The notes under the pieces were generated by a model. The model made no database searches, was not told the origin of the DNA, and was given only the letters and a program-made list of their open reading frames with translations. Positions 1 through 9,404 of a stretch of 42,356 nucleotides of DNA are shown here, piece by piece. The translations under genes were made by a program, and so were the position numbers. This DNA is from a virus: positions 1 through 42,356 of the IMG/VR virus record IMGVR_UViG_3300019487_000011. One strand, written 5' to 3'. The number at the start of each line of letters is the position of its first letter. The stretch's first letter is position 1.

Positions 1-123
1 ACCATCAGCCCAGAAAGGGGCGTGACAGTGCCGTACAAAGCTACGTCACAGACCGCAGCGGCAAGGCCGCAGCCTGCGATACCTAGGCCGTACTTCACGT
101 TACGTTTCATCGCAGCCACTCCT
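1..123. repeat. Direct terminal repeat, copy 1 (identical to 42234..42356)
   Basis: Bases 1-123 recur exactly at 42234-42356. The repeat lies inside a minus-strand ORF (the 5' part of the 48-aa ORF, ATG at 110..108). It most likely marks closure of a circular or terminally redundant assembly. Confidence 0.95.
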
Positions 124-592
124 GCTTGAACCATCCGATGGCGTACGGGATGCCGTTCTTCCGGCACCAATCGCTGTACCGCGTCTCGTATTTCTTGGAC
201 AGCTTGTTGTCCCGCATGAACAGCATTCCGAGGAACTTGGGCATCCCCGACGCCTTGAGGGCGAGGATGCGCTTGCGGTCCTTGGCCGTGAACTTACCCT
301 TCGCTTCGATGGTCCACTTCTGGAAGAAAAAGTCAGGGGTGAACACCGAGTCCCGCCCGATCTTTTTACTGCCGCACTCTAAGCACTTATGGCCTACCGC
401 TTCCAGCTTGATCGGATACGTCACGGACTCGTACCCGAACTCGACGCCCTCCAGCTCCAGCCGTTCCGCTAGGCGGGTCTCGAAGCCGCTCCGGTAGGTG
501 GTACCCATACGTCGTTGGCGTGACGCTTTAGGTACAGCAGCCTTGCATTCTCCAGCAGCGCGTCTTCGGCGCTTAGGTGTTCGTACGGGCAC
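107..592 (-). CDS. Holliday-junction resolvase, T7 endonuclease I (gp3)-like
   Basis: 161-aa ORF. The pattern YRSGFE..LE..GVEFGYE..FTPDFFF..IEAKG..DRKR matches the T7 endonuclease I family. GTG start is preceded by AAGGAGG; an alternative ATG lies at 508. The stop overlaps (ATGA) the start of the small ORF that continues at 42343. Confidence 0.8.
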   Translation of the reverse strand: MPVRTPKRRRRAAGECKAAVPKASRQRRMGTTYRSGFETRLAERLELEGVEFGYESVTYPIKLEAVGHKCLECGSKKIGRDSVFTPDFFFQKWTIEAKGKFTAKDRKRILALKASGMPKFLGMLFMRDNKLSKKYETRYSDWCRKNGIPYAIGWFKQEWLR

Positions 593-1368
593 CCCTTCGC
601 CTCCTTCCCCTTCATGTAGAGCTTGAGCGCGGTCAGGTACATGTCGTAGTCGGGCATCCCCGGCACGATGTACTTCTCTGCCGCCGCCTTGCCAGCCCGG
701 TACGCCCCACCGATGTTATCGGTAGGGTCTCCCATGATAAGCTGGCGGTAGAAATTCATGGACGCCTCTTCGGGCGTCACGTTCACGAATCGTTTCTTCT
801 GAAAGTTGTACTGCAACCCCGGGACCGTCAGCAGGTCCTTGTCGCAGGTCACGATAACGATACGCTCGGGATCGTAGTCCGCCTCCGCTGCGGTCATCGT
901 CACAGCATCGTCCGCCTCGATCCCGTCCACCACAGTCGCCCCCCAGCGGTTCTTTAGGTACCGCCGAATCGACTTGTAGTGGACGGGCCGCTGCGTGGGG
1001 TCCCGGTTAGCCTTGTAGCCCTTGATGGTCGCCAAGGCATCCCGGAAATTCCCCTTCCCCGTAAGGAATAGCTCAAGGGTATCGAACTCGATCCCGCGCT
1101 CTGTAAGAGCCGAGTCGATGCCGCCCAGAGTCCGCCCCACCAAAAACAGCGCATTGGCAAGTGGTTCAGCTTCGATCATGCGATCTAGCTGCTTGACAGA
1201 GGAAAGTTCCTCGTAACTGAGCCACGCTTCTGCCTCGTCTCTGGTACGAAACACTGCTTCGTCAGTGGTGCCATCGGCACGTTGCACTGCGGCGTCGTAC
1301 CAAGTCTTCTCAACGGCAAAGCCGCAAGAATAGACAAGGTAATCTGCGTCAACTACCACACGCGACAA
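469..1368 (-). CDS. 5'-3' exonuclease (FEN/PIN-like, T7 gp6-like)
   Basis: 299 aa with motifs VVVDADYLVYS, IEADDAV, VTCDKDLL and IMGDPTDNIGG, typical of phage 5'-3' exonucleases. TTG start follows GGGAGG. Confidence 0.8.
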   Translation of the reverse strand: MSRVVVDADYLVYSCGFAVEKTWYDAAVQRADGTTDEAVFRTRDEAEAWLSYEELSSVKQLDRMIEAEPLANALFLVGRTLGGIDSALTERGIEFDTLELFLTGKGNFRDALATIKGYKANRDPTQRPVHYKSIRRYLKNRWGATVVDGIEADDAVTMTAAEADYDPERIVIVTCDKDLLTVPGLQYNFQKKRFVNVTPEEASMNFYRQLIMGDPTDNIGGAYRAGKAAAEKYIVPGMPDYDMYLTALKLYMKGKEAKGCPYEHLSAEDALLENARLLYLKRHANDVWVPPTGAASRPA

Positions 1369-1420
1369 TCCTGTTTGCCTCCCGCCCCTACCTTAGTGGG
1401 GCGAACTCCTAGCCTAGACC

Positions 1421-1957
1421 TTACTCTTCGTCACCGTCGCCTTCGTCCGACTCGTCCCCCTCGGACTCGTCGCCCTCACTCTCGGCACCTTCCGCCTCGC
1501 GGACCACGGCCCCAAGTGTGAACACATCATCGAAGAACAGCGCCGTATAACGGTCCACTGCTGCCTCGATTACTCCGACCTTCTTGGCCTGTGCAGCCGG
1601 AAGCTTCAACGCCCCAGTCTGCGCCAGAAGTGTGACCAGTGCCAGCGCATCCTTGCGGGACGACTGGTACACGATGCTGTTGCCGCGATCCGCCCCGCCC
1701 CCGGCAGACGGAGCACCGCCCGCAGCAGGTGTGGCCTTCGCCAGCACAACGTCGCTGGTAATCTTGGCGTCATCGCGGCCCGCGTTAGGCTCCGCATCGA
1801 ACGCCACCCGGTTACCGGACTCCGCGATGCCCGCAAAACGCTTGCCGCCAGCGCGGTACCACGTTGGGTTGCCGTCGATCTTGATGGTGTAGCTCGCCTT
1901 TCCACGGAAGTCGCGCTCATACACCTTGAACACGACACCCTCAACACGCTTACTCAC
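1421..1957 (-). CDS. ssDNA-binding protein-like, acidic C-terminal tail
   Basis: 178 aa with a beta-rich N-terminus and a strongly acidic tail ([20 protein letters not shown]), as in T7 gp2.5-type SSBs. GTG start lies 6 nt after AGGAGG. It sits between the polymerase and exonuclease genes. Confidence 0.5.
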   Translation of the reverse strand: MSKRVEGVVFKVYERDFRGKASYTIKIDGNPTWYRAGGKRFAGIAESGNRVAFDAEPNAGRDDAKITSDVVLAKATPAAGGAPSAGGGADRGNSIVYQSSRKDALALVTLLAQTGALKLPAAQAKKVGVIEAAVDRYTALFFDDVFTLGAVVREAEGAESEGDESEGDESDEGDGDEE

Positions 1958-1993
1958 CTTATACCTCCTGTGGCTTTTACCACGGTCTTAGGC

Positions 1994-2022
1994 AGTGTAT
2001 CACATTCCGCTGCCTTTGTCAA
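1994..2022 (-). promoter_or_regulatory. sigma70-like promoter (TTGACA-N17-TACACT) for SSB/exonuclease/endonuclease genes
   Basis: The minus strand reads TTGACA (2022..2017), a 17-nt spacer, then TACACT (1999..1994). It lies in a 340-bp ORF-free gap, about 35 nt upstream of the SSB-like start. Confidence 0.6.
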
Positions 2023-2296
2023 GTAAAGAATTGCTGTGTTTAAACGATCTATTGAGTCCTTGAAGTTTCCCAGTCCCCGGTTGCATTTACCGCATAACCA
2101 GCCCCGAAACTTTCCTGTATCATGACAATGGTCCAGTGCTAGTACTCCCCACCTATCGTCTGGTGGACTCCCGCAACATTAGCACAAGTCCGGTCTAGGT
2201 CTCGTCGGGCGCGGCATCTTGCGGCACCTGTGCTGGTACTGTAACCGGCGCTCCCTGTGGGATACGCGCAATTGTCCGGGGACAGCTAGGTGAGTC

Positions 2297-4144
2297 TCAG
2301 GGGGCGGGATAACTGACCGTTGTCTCTTCACCGTCTCCCCAGTATTTGCCCGCTTTATATGAAACTCCCAAAGGCACGAACATCTTAATGCCGTATACCA
2401 CGTCCATGTACTCGTAGGTCCGGTCTAGGAAACATTCCACAACCAGTTTCCAGTATTGGTCTAGGTTGCTTTCAGGCACCAGCGCCGCCGTACTGTCGTG
2501 GACCGTATTCACCAGCCGGGCGTTTAAACCCTCGGCCTTGCAGTGCCAGAATAGGTACACCACGCTAACCGGGATAATCTCGGCTGTAGCCAAAGACTGC
2601 ACCGGGTAGTCGTAGATGGACGGGCTGTTCGTGATGTACCCGTCGTTCGTCATACGGGTATCCGGCCAGTAGAAGATCAGCCCGGTAGCGGTCCGCAGCC
2701 GCCCGGTCGCCAGTACTTCATGGCACCACCGCTCCTGCTCGGCATTCATCCCGGCGTACCGCTTACGGAACGCCTCGTAGTATTCCATTTCCCGCTTCGT
2801 GCCCTTACGGCCCCCGTACTGGGGCTTAAACGTATTTGGCTTGGCCTTCTGGCGTTGCCCCTTCGTAACCGATTCCATCGGGATACGCTCCAGCACCGAG
2901 GCCGTGAACTTGTGTACGTCGTGCCCAGACAGTACGTCCGCCAGCACTTGCTCGTCGCGGCCCAGCGAGCCTCCGACGCGCCACTCAAGCTGGGTACCGT
3001 CCGCCTCCGCGTACACGTACCCCTCGGGGGCCATGAACAGGCGCTTGTAGACCCGGGGCAGGTTCTGGAATTGGACCGCCCGTTTCTTGCCGTTCTTGAA
3101 CGTGATTGACTTGCCGGACGACGACAGGCGATGGGTCGCCACTCGCGTCTGGTTGAAGTTGGCGACAAAGTTGCCGCCCCGTTCCTCGCAGACCCACTGG
3201 AAGAACTCTACGCTCTTCGTAAGGGCCGCGTCCACCTTACCGTACTCTTTCCGCAGTTCCACGAACCGCTTCTGTTCAGGTGTGGACGCCTTGAGCTTAT
3301 CCAGCGTATCCTTGTCGGTCTTGCGCTTGCCCTTGGCTGTACGAATCGGCTCTTTGCCGTTCCGTCCGTACCGCATAAGCTCTTCGAACCCAAGGTCGTC
3401 GTAGACAAGTTCCGCAAGCTGCGGGCCCTTGAGTTTCTTCCCCTTGGCGATGGTGCTTAGCTCGCTCAGCAGTTCCGCTCGCCGCAACAGCAGGCGCTCA
3501 TACTCGACCGCTACTCGCTCTGGGTCCAGCGTCATCCCCTCGGGCTCTATGGCCGCTAGGACCGGAGTAAAAATGCAACGGGTGAACATGACCCGATCCA
3601 GCCCGGAGTCCCCGATGATCTGGACCTGTCGCTGAAACAGCTTGTACGTCTTGTTTACGTCCCATGTCACACGCTCCAGCAGCATGTGCTCGGGCATTTC
3701 GGACGGGCACACCCCACCCTTCATCAGCCGGTCGATTAGCCGCCCCTTGCTTCCCAGCCCGTACCGCTGGGCCACGCTGTCAAGGTCAAGGTCCCAGCGC
3801 CGGTTACCAGCGATGACGAACTCGGCCACCATCGTATCCCACACCAGCCAGTGTGTTGTATCGTAGCCCTGCCTGTTTAACCACGCAAGATCGAACTTGG
3901 CATTGTGGGCCACCAGCACGACGGGCTTGCCGGAATAGAACTCAAGCTGAATCTCCGCCTCCCGGCCGGTAAGTGTCAGGTCATTTAACATAACACATAC
4001 CGCCACGATCCGGTTCTCCGGCTCGCGGGCGTCCCCCTTCTCCCGGTTCGTGGTCTCAAAGTCCAACGTAAGGACCGGCCACCGGCCGTCCACGTACGCT
4101 TCCCACGGCCGGGATGCTAGGTCAAGGTACTTCGGAAAGCTCAC
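2297..4144 (-). CDS. Family A DNA polymerase with 3'-5' exonuclease domain
   Basis: 615 aa. Exo motifs are LTLDFETT and HNAKFDLAWL. Pol motif A is ADGTQLEWRV, motif B is RQKAKPNTFKPQYGG, and motif C is VHDS. Confidence 0.92.
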   Translation of the reverse strand: MSFPKYLDLASRPWEAYVDGRWPVLTLDFETTNREKGDAREPENRIVAVCVMLNDLTLTGREAEIQLEFYSGKPVVLVAHNAKFDLAWLNRQGYDTTHWLVWDTMVAEFVIAGNRRWDLDLDSVAQRYGLGSKGRLIDRLMKGGVCPSEMPEHMLLERVTWDVNKTYKLFQRQVQIIGDSGLDRVMFTRCIFTPVLAAIEPEGMTLDPERVAVEYERLLLRRAELLSELSTIAKGKKLKGPQLAELVYDDLGFEELMRYGRNGKEPIRTAKGKRKTDKDTLDKLKASTPEQKRFVELRKEYGKVDAALTKSVEFFQWVCEERGGNFVANFNQTRVATHRLSSSGKSITFKNGKKRAVQFQNLPRVYKRLFMAPEGYVYAEADGTQLEWRVGGSLGRDEQVLADVLSGHDVHKFTASVLERIPMESVTKGQRQKAKPNTFKPQYGGRKGTKREMEYYEAFRKRYAGMNAEQERWCHEVLATGRLRTATGLIFYWPDTRMTNDGYITNSPSIYDYPVQSLATAEIIPVSVVYLFWHCKAEGLNARLVNTVHDSTAALVPESNLDQYWKLVVECFLDRTYEYMDVVYGIKMFVPLGVSYKAGKYWGDGEETTVSYPAP

Positions 4145-4202
4145 TCAGTACGTCCCCGTGACAGACTTGGGGGCGCTCCAGCACCCCAGTGAATAACCCG
4201 GC

Positions 4203-4382
4203 TCATAGGATCGGGCTAAGCTCTGACTGGTACACCGGGCAGTACTTCACGTCGTCCGGGCCGTGCTGGTAGCGCTCCGTATGCCGAATCTCAAAGAGAC
4301 CGCGACAGCCCGGGCAGGCATACTCACCCCTCCGGTTGTTGAAGGGGCGCGTATCGTTGAACAGATTTTTCGGTTCGTTCAT
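4203..4382 (-). CDS. Small zinc-ribbon-like protein
   Basis: Start trimmed to the ATG at 4382, which forms a TAATG overlap with the upstream stop. 59 aa with CPGC...C motifs. The longer ORF-track start would overlap the previous gene. Confidence 0.5.
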   Translation of the reverse strand: MNEPKNLFNDTRPFNNRRGEYACPGCRGLFEIRHTERYQHGPDDVKYCPVYQSELSPIL

Positions 4383-4588
4383 TATTCCTCGCTCGGAATC
4401 GACTTGTACCCTCCCACCTGTTCGCGCAGGCGCTTGATTTCGTCCACCATACGCACGATAACTTGCGACGGCAGCTTGCACGAGAACGCGCCCCAGTTCT
4501 TGTGATTGTCCACAAGACCGACCAGAGCCTCCAAGTCCTGCTCGTCAACGACGCCGAACAGCACTTCGATATACGACAAATTAGCCAC
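4382..4588 (-). CDS. Hypothetical protein
   Basis: 68-aa ORF packed between the helicase and the next gene, same strand, with a coupled stop/start. Confidence 0.55.
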   Translation of the reverse strand: MANLSYIEVLFGVVDEQDLEALVGLVDNHKNWGAFSCKLPSQVIVRMVDEIKRLREQVGGYKSIPSEE

Positions 4589-4600
4589 GATCTTCCTCCA

Positions 4601-5788
4601 TTACTTCATTTTACTACGATACGGGTCCAGTTGGACGACCTGCGCTTGGCGCACGACACCGAGCTTGTTCTTGCACAATGATAGCATACGCTGGCCCGCC
4701 CTGTCAAGGGCGTCCGTGACACCTACTCCGATCATCAGGTCCGCCGCACCCGGGATACCTGTATTCGATGAGTCCACATCGCCCATGTCCAGTACAGGGC
4801 GGCCGCTCGCGCTGTCTCCCGCCTGAGTGACGGAAATTGTGACAAGGCCGTATTTCTTGCCCAGTGCTCGTACCGCCTGAGCGTTCTTGTCCAGTAGTTG
4901 TGTAAAGTTGTCACTCTTCCCGCTCGACAGGTTGCGAAGCTGATCCACGAACAGTACGTCCGGGGAATGTTTCTTGATAAGGGCCTCGATTTCCCGGATG
5001 GTGCCCGGGGCCGTGGCGCGGAATACCATGTGCCGCGCCCCCGCCTCTAGGGCCTTGCATTCGTACTGCTCCGGGTCCTGCGCCACTTCGTCCGCCGTGG
5101 CGTCCGTAAGGTTCGTGATAGCACGTACCATCAGGTCCTGTACCGGGTCTTCGTTACCGATGTAGAGTACCCGCTTCCCGCGCCGAGCGAACCCACAGGC
5201 CATAGTCAGAGCCAGCGCAGTCTTGCCCGACTCGGGCCGACCGAAGATCGTGACGTTATGCCCGGGGCATACCCCGCCCCCGATGTACTGATTCAAAATA
5301 CGCGGGCTGACGGGCATACGCTTCGACTGGTCGATGCGGGACGAGAGGACCCCGGACCAGCCGGGACCCTCGTCGTCCGCATCTTCCTCCGCGCCCCCCA
5401 GCACAGACTCGTACGCCTCAAGGGCTTCCTCGATTTCCACTTGAGGCTTGTCCCCGGCGATGGCCGCAGCCAGCGCCATACCACGCGCCTCGCGCTGCTG
5501 CGCGAAGATCATGTGGCGAATGTTCTCCGTGGACACCGGCTCGTTGGCCAGTTCTTGAACAAGGGCCGTCGTAGCAGCAACCCGCTTGGGGTTGCGCCCA
5601 GAAATGGCTCCTGTGAGTACGTCTACGTCCACGTAGAGAGCCCCCGGGTCCCGTTCGTAGTACCCAGCCACGGCTTTCCAGACCGGGGCGAGCACTTCGT
5701 CCAGAGACTCGGGAACGTCCGACGTAGCGACCGCACTGTACGCCTCGCGGCTCTGCATAGCAGCCGCGACCAGCTTACGATCAAGCAT
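4601..5788 (-). CDS. Replicative DNA helicase (DnaB / T7 gp4 helicase-domain-like)
   Basis: 395 aa. Walker A is GRPESGKTALAL and Walker B is DVLFVDQL, giving a RecA-like core. Its start overlaps the upstream stop (TAATG). Confidence 0.85.
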   Translation of the reverse strand: MLDRKLVAAAMQSREAYSAVATSDVPESLDEVLAPVWKAVAGYYERDPGALYVDVDVLTGAISGRNPKRVAATTALVQELANEPVSTENIRHMIFAQQREARGMALAAAIAGDKPQVEIEEALEAYESVLGGAEEDADDEGPGWSGVLSSRIDQSKRMPVSPRILNQYIGGGVCPGHNVTIFGRPESGKTALALTMACGFARRGKRVLYIGNEDPVQDLMVRAITNLTDATADEVAQDPEQYECKALEAGARHMVFRATAPGTIREIEALIKKHSPDVLFVDQLRNLSSGKSDNFTQLLDKNAQAVRALGKKYGLVTISVTQAGDSASGRPVLDMGDVDSSNTGIPGAADLMIGVGVTDALDRAGQRMLSLCKNKLGVVRQAQVVQLDPYRSKMK

Positions 5789-6465
5789 TACAGGTCCACC
5801 ACTAGTGGCGGGTTGGTAGGCTTGTATGCACGGGTGCAGATGGCAGCGTTGACGAACGCGACCGTGAGGCCGTTGTCAAGCCAGATATCCTCCCGTCCGT
5901 GTCCTTCGTGAATGTGCCCGAAGGCGTGTACCCTCAAGGCCCTTAAATGCTCCACGCGATTACGCAACAGTTCGCACCCTACGTGCTCCTGCCCGGCACG
6001 CTCAATGTACCGCTGTTCGCGGTAGCAATCAAGGATACCGTGCGGTGGCCCGTGGGTCACCAGCACCTGAGTATCATCAGGGATGCGCTCCCACTTGAGC
6101 CGCAGCATGTCGCTTAAACGCGGCGGCATGAAGTGCCAGTCGCAGAAGTTGGGCGTGAACGGCGCACCGTAGAGCTTAATGCCCTCGACGGTCACTGCGT
6201 CTTCGCACAGATACGCGACCCCGGCCTGCGTGAACGTATCACGCGCCGCATCAGGCGCAACTTCGCAGTACCTGTCGTGGTTCCCTGCGATGGCAAACTT
6301 GTAGTGGTGAGGGAACGCACCCATCCACTGGGCAAGACGTTCCGTCTCTTCACGGGTCCCGTGGCCGGTCATGTCGCCGCAGTGAACAAGTACGTCCCCG
6401 CCCGGCACCGGGAACTTCATGTTTCCGTGCATTCCGTGCGTGTCACTGATGAATACGAACTTCAC
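5788..6465 (-). CDS. Calcineurin-like metallophosphoesterase
   Basis: Motifs FISDTHG, GDMTGHG, GNHD, THGPP and GHIHEGHG. The start is placed at GTG 6465, 6 nt after GAGGGA. The ORF-track start at 6558 has no RBS. Confidence 0.85.
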   Translation of the reverse strand: MKFVFISDTHGMHGNMKFPVPGGDVLVHCGDMTGHGTREETERLAQWMGAFPHHYKFAIAGNHDRYCEVAPDAARDTFTQAGVAYLCEDAVTVEGIKLYGAPFTPNFCDWHFMPPRLSDMLRLKWERIPDDTQVLVTHGPPHGILDCYREQRYIERAGQEHVGCELLRNRVEHLRALRVHAFGHIHEGHGREDIWLDNGLTVAFVNAAICTRAYKPTNPPLVVDL

Positions 6466-6588
6466 TTCTCGTCCCTCTTTTTCTCTTAGGCTGGCGCGAG
6501 GCAGCGCGGCAGGCGCGTAGTAGCTCGCACACACACTCATTGTGCCGGTCCCGCCCACGGGGGCACTCCGGCAGATGTTCCCTTTCGA

Positions 6589-6822
6589 TCATCGAGTGGC
6601 GTCCAGGATGCGCTGCTGCTCCTGCAACGCCCGGCCCGCAATGTTCCCCAGCGTATCGGCGCTAGGGCCCGGCTTCTGGTGGCGGGAAAGCTCCCGAATC
6701 TCGACCAGCGCCGTTCGCAGCGGTAGTACCAATGTATCGTACGAAATGATGGCCCCGTGCTTGATGCCGAAGCGCCAAGCAAGAAACGCCACGCCTAGCA
6801 TTCCCAACAGATACAGAATCAT
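6589..6822 (-). CDS. Small membrane protein
   Basis: The ATG at 6822 overlaps the upstream stop (ATGA). The N-terminal segment MILYLLGMLGVAFLAW is hydrophobic. Confidence 0.5.
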   Translation of the reverse strand: MILYLLGMLGVAFLAWRFGIKHGAIISYDTLVLPLRTALVEIRELSRHQKPGPSADTLGNIAGRALQEQQRILDATR

Positions 6823-7100
6823 CGCTCTTCCTCCGCGTGTGTATCGCACAGTGTCTTGAGCCACGGCCGGTCACCCCGGAGCCGTCCCGGTTCTCCGCAC
6901 GTTTCGCACGTTTCATCTGCCAGCACTTCCGCCGCCTCGATCAGCTTGTCAAGCTTCTCGTTGAAGTCGGCGTAAAACAGAAGCCCGCCGACCGTTTCCT
7001 TGACCTGAAAGATTTTCAGGCCGTGCGTAGTACAGTAATCCACTAGCGGCTGGACGATATGAGCCCAGCCGGGACCTACGCACTTGGTGTAGTCGATCAT
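6819..7100 (-). CDS. Conserved phage protein of unknown function (GGL.FY ... CxxCG ... LCxxH type)
   Basis: 93 aa. The VKETVGGLLFYADF ... CETCGEPG ... TLCDTH pattern is common in small phage replication-module proteins. The gene is coupled to the primase stop. Confidence 0.65.
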   Translation of the reverse strand: MIDYTKCVGPGWAHIVQPLVDYCTTHGLKIFQVKETVGGLLFYADFNEKLDKLIEAAEVLADETCETCGEPGRLRGDRPWLKTLCDTHAEEER

Positions 7101-7915
7101 TCGTCCCTCACCATCCGGGCCAGTTCCCCTTCGGGGAAATCCTTGGGGTCAGCTACCAGTGGCATGAACATTGTAGCATACCCTAGTCGGTTTGTCAACT
7201 CTTTTGTGAGCTTTACCCCCAAAGTGGCGGCGTCCGGGTCCAGCGCCACCTTGATGTGTGGCGTCCCCGCAACAGTCTTTAAACGCCGCAGGTAGTCCCC
7301 TAGCTCCGCCTGACCGTCCAGCGAAAACTGAACGCCTAGCAGAGCCAAGGCGTTCCCCCCCGCCAAGGCGATCTGGGCCGCGCTGACGCTATCCTCGACG
7401 ATCCACAAGCAAGGGGTCCTACGGAACCCGTGGTAGGCATAGAACGGAGTGTTGTTTTCTCGCCACACTCGAATACGCTTGTCAGGATAGGTCCGAGAAA
7501 TGTGGCCCTTAGCAGCCCAGTCATAGCCACGGACCTCCCACACGACCTCGTTAGAAACACCCTCCCTAGCATGGAGCCCTAGACGCGCCGCAAGCCCGGG
7601 GCCCCGGTCGGCGATCGGGACGCGCAGCCGGTCCCATGCCTCGTTTAAGCTATCAGGGGCGGCCAATGGGAACGGGTAGGGCCGGGGCTTAAACGCCGCG
7701 ACCTCCGGGGCGGCCTGGATATCAGAGCGGAACGTGTTTAAATCACACGATGCCCTGTGGCACCGGGCCCCGACTCCCCACTCGTTACGGTACACTGACA
7801 GGCTACGCTCCCCGGACCTGCCCCCGGTACACTTGGGGCAAAGCTCGCCCGAGCGGGAGCCCCCGACTGGGAGCCCCCGCGCCAGTTCCCGAACGGTTAA
7901 ACGTTCGCTAGGCAT
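7097..7915 (-). CDS. DNA primase (zinc finger + TOPRIM)
   Basis: 272 aa. The Zn finger is CPKCTGG...CHRASC. The TOPRIM acidic motifs are IVEDSVSAAQ and ALDPDAA. Confidence 0.8.
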   Translation of the reverse strand: MPSERLTVRELARGLPVGGSRSGELCPKCTGGRSGERSLSVYRNEWGVGARCHRASCDLNTFRSDIQAAPEVAAFKPRPYPFPLAAPDSLNEAWDRLRVPIADRGPGLAARLGLHAREGVSNEVVWEVRGYDWAAKGHISRTYPDKRIRVWRENNTPFYAYHGFRRTPCLWIVEDSVSAAQIALAGGNALALLGVQFSLDGQAELGDYLRRLKTVAGTPHIKVALDPDAATLGVKLTKELTNRLGYATMFMPLVADPKDFPEGELARMVRDE

Positions 7916-8155
7916 CCTCGCGGATAACCTCGCGGATCAAGACTACAACGGCCAGCACTGCAAACAGGTAGAGCATTAGATAGACCCCAGCCACTTTCCC
8001 CGGGCATCCCTACCCGGGTACTAGTCTGTCCCCGTACTCACGGTCCCCCGAGTTTCGCGTAGGGACCGGATGCCCGGTCCGGGTCGCAAGTGGTCAGCGT
8101 TGCCCGGTTACAGTCGGTTACTAGGGACTGTTAGACCTAGAGGGTACTATTCAAA

Positions 8156-8177
8156 GGGGCCCCCGGAAGGGGGCCCC
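8156..8177 (-). terminator. GC-rich hairpin, possible weak terminator or processing site after the amidoligase module
   Basis: GGGGCCCCC-GGAA-GGGGGCCCC forms a 9-bp perfect stem. On the minus strand it is followed only by TTTGAAT, a short U-tract. Confidence 0.4.
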
Positions 8178-8284
8178 GATTCCATGACCGATATCCCTAC
8201 GGTACCGGAATATAATGCCATACCGACCGCGTTTAGTCAAGTGGTATTTTCACCACCGTTTACTATGGCCTGTATCGTAGCCTC

Positions 8285-8312
8285 ATATATGCGGCCGAAT
8301 ATATGCGGCCGA
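8285..8312. repeat. Perfect tandem direct repeat 2 x 14 bp (ATATATGCGGCCGA)
   Basis: Read directly from the sequence. It lies 5 nt beyond the stop of the 8317..9402 gene, in a 400-bp intergenic region. Confidence 0.9.
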
Positions 8313-8316
8313 CCTA

Positions 8317-9402
8317 TTACGGGTACGGTCCCGCAATAGCCGCAGGATCGGCGCCCTCTCGACAATCCTCGCACTGGCACATTTCGGATGCATGATCATA
8401 CGGAGGGGGCGCTAATTCAGTACGCCGAGCCTGACCGACCCGGGGAATGGCCCGCACCCGCCCCGCCCCTATCTGTGCATCCTCCCACTGGGCGAAACTG
8501 GACGCAGGGCGCTGTACTACGTGCGCCGCAGGGCCCCGGATGCGCCGAGCACGGGGCACGGGCTGCCCGTCGTCGTCGTATTCCTGATCTTCGTCGTATT
8601 CATCGTCATCGTCGCGGTCCAGGTCCCCGTCTTCCTCTCCGCACGGGTCCCCTTGCCCGCCAGGGTCAGTCTGACTAGACCAAACCTCGGGCCATAGACC
8701 GACCCCGGACAACACATCCGGGGGCGAGCCGTCAATGGCGGGAGTAAAGCACGAAACAAGGCGCGACCACGCGCCCCGGACGGCTTGCGGAGAGCCCGAT
8801 CGGGCCCGGACCTGCCATTCTTCTAGGGCCGCGCATACGTCATAGACTAAGTCAGTGATTGCCCCCGTGGAAACCGGACGCGAACCGCAATAAGTCGCGG
8901 CAGTAACGTCGTTTATACCAAGAAACCCGCCTACACCCCTGTAGTTTCTAAGCGGGGGCCTCTCGCCCGGGCGCAAGAATGAATAACAGACTCCCGTAAG
9001 CAAGCCCCCGCCGTCAATCTGTCCGGTTTCGTATTCGGGGGTCCATGTTACCGCGGGGATAGATTCGCACAGGAACCAGAGAACAGCGACCTGTCGCTTA
9101 AACGGGAATCCGGCCTGGACCTCCGGCATTGACGGAAGCCCGCCCTGCCCCTGGTACCTGAGTCCACGGCCCCAGCCTCTCCCGTATGCTGCGAAATAGA
9201 CAAGCCCGGGCGCGAATAGCGCAATCGGGGCTTGCCCGGACTGTAGGAACTCGGACAGCATGACGATATCCGGGCCCATGAGCGTGACACAGTAGCGCCC
9301 CTCGCGCCCCGGTACCCGGTTCAGGGCCGCTAGCGTGGCGCGTTCAAGTACGCGCCCGCCTACTGGCCGTAACGGTTTGCCCTCGACGTATCGGTAGGTC
9401 AT
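8317..9402 (-). CDS. Hypothetical protein with poly-acidic tract; last gene of the amidoligase module
   Basis: 361 aa with no family recognised. It has a D/E-rich stretch (GEEDGDLDRDDDDEYDEDQEYDDDG) and a Cys-rich C-terminus. The start lies 2 nt after the GATase stop. Confidence 0.7.
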   Translation of the reverse strand: MTYRYVEGKPLRPVGGRVLERATLAALNRVPGREGRYCVTLMGPDIVMLSEFLQSGQAPIALFAPGLVYFAAYGRGWGRGLRYQGQGGLPSMPEVQAGFPFKRQVAVLWFLCESIPAVTWTPEYETGQIDGGGLLTGVCYSFLRPGERPPLRNYRGVGGFLGINDVTAATYCGSRPVSTGAITDLVYDVCAALEEWQVRARSGSPQAVRGAWSRLVSCFTPAIDGSPPDVLSGVGLWPEVWSSQTDPGGQGDPCGEEDGDLDRDDDDEYDEDQEYDDDGQPVPRARRIRGPAAHVVQRPASSFAQWEDAQIGAGRVRAIPRVGQARRTELAPPPYDHASEMCQCEDCREGADPAAIAGPYP

Positions 9403-9404
9403 TC

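Noticed and set aside
2023-2296. Small ORFs and extra promoter-like hexamers in the gap between the polymerase and SSB genes
   Set aside because: The ORFs are at most 24 codons and lack RBSs. Apart from the TTGACA-N17-TACACT promoter, the other hexamer pairs lack a proper -10 or proper spacing.
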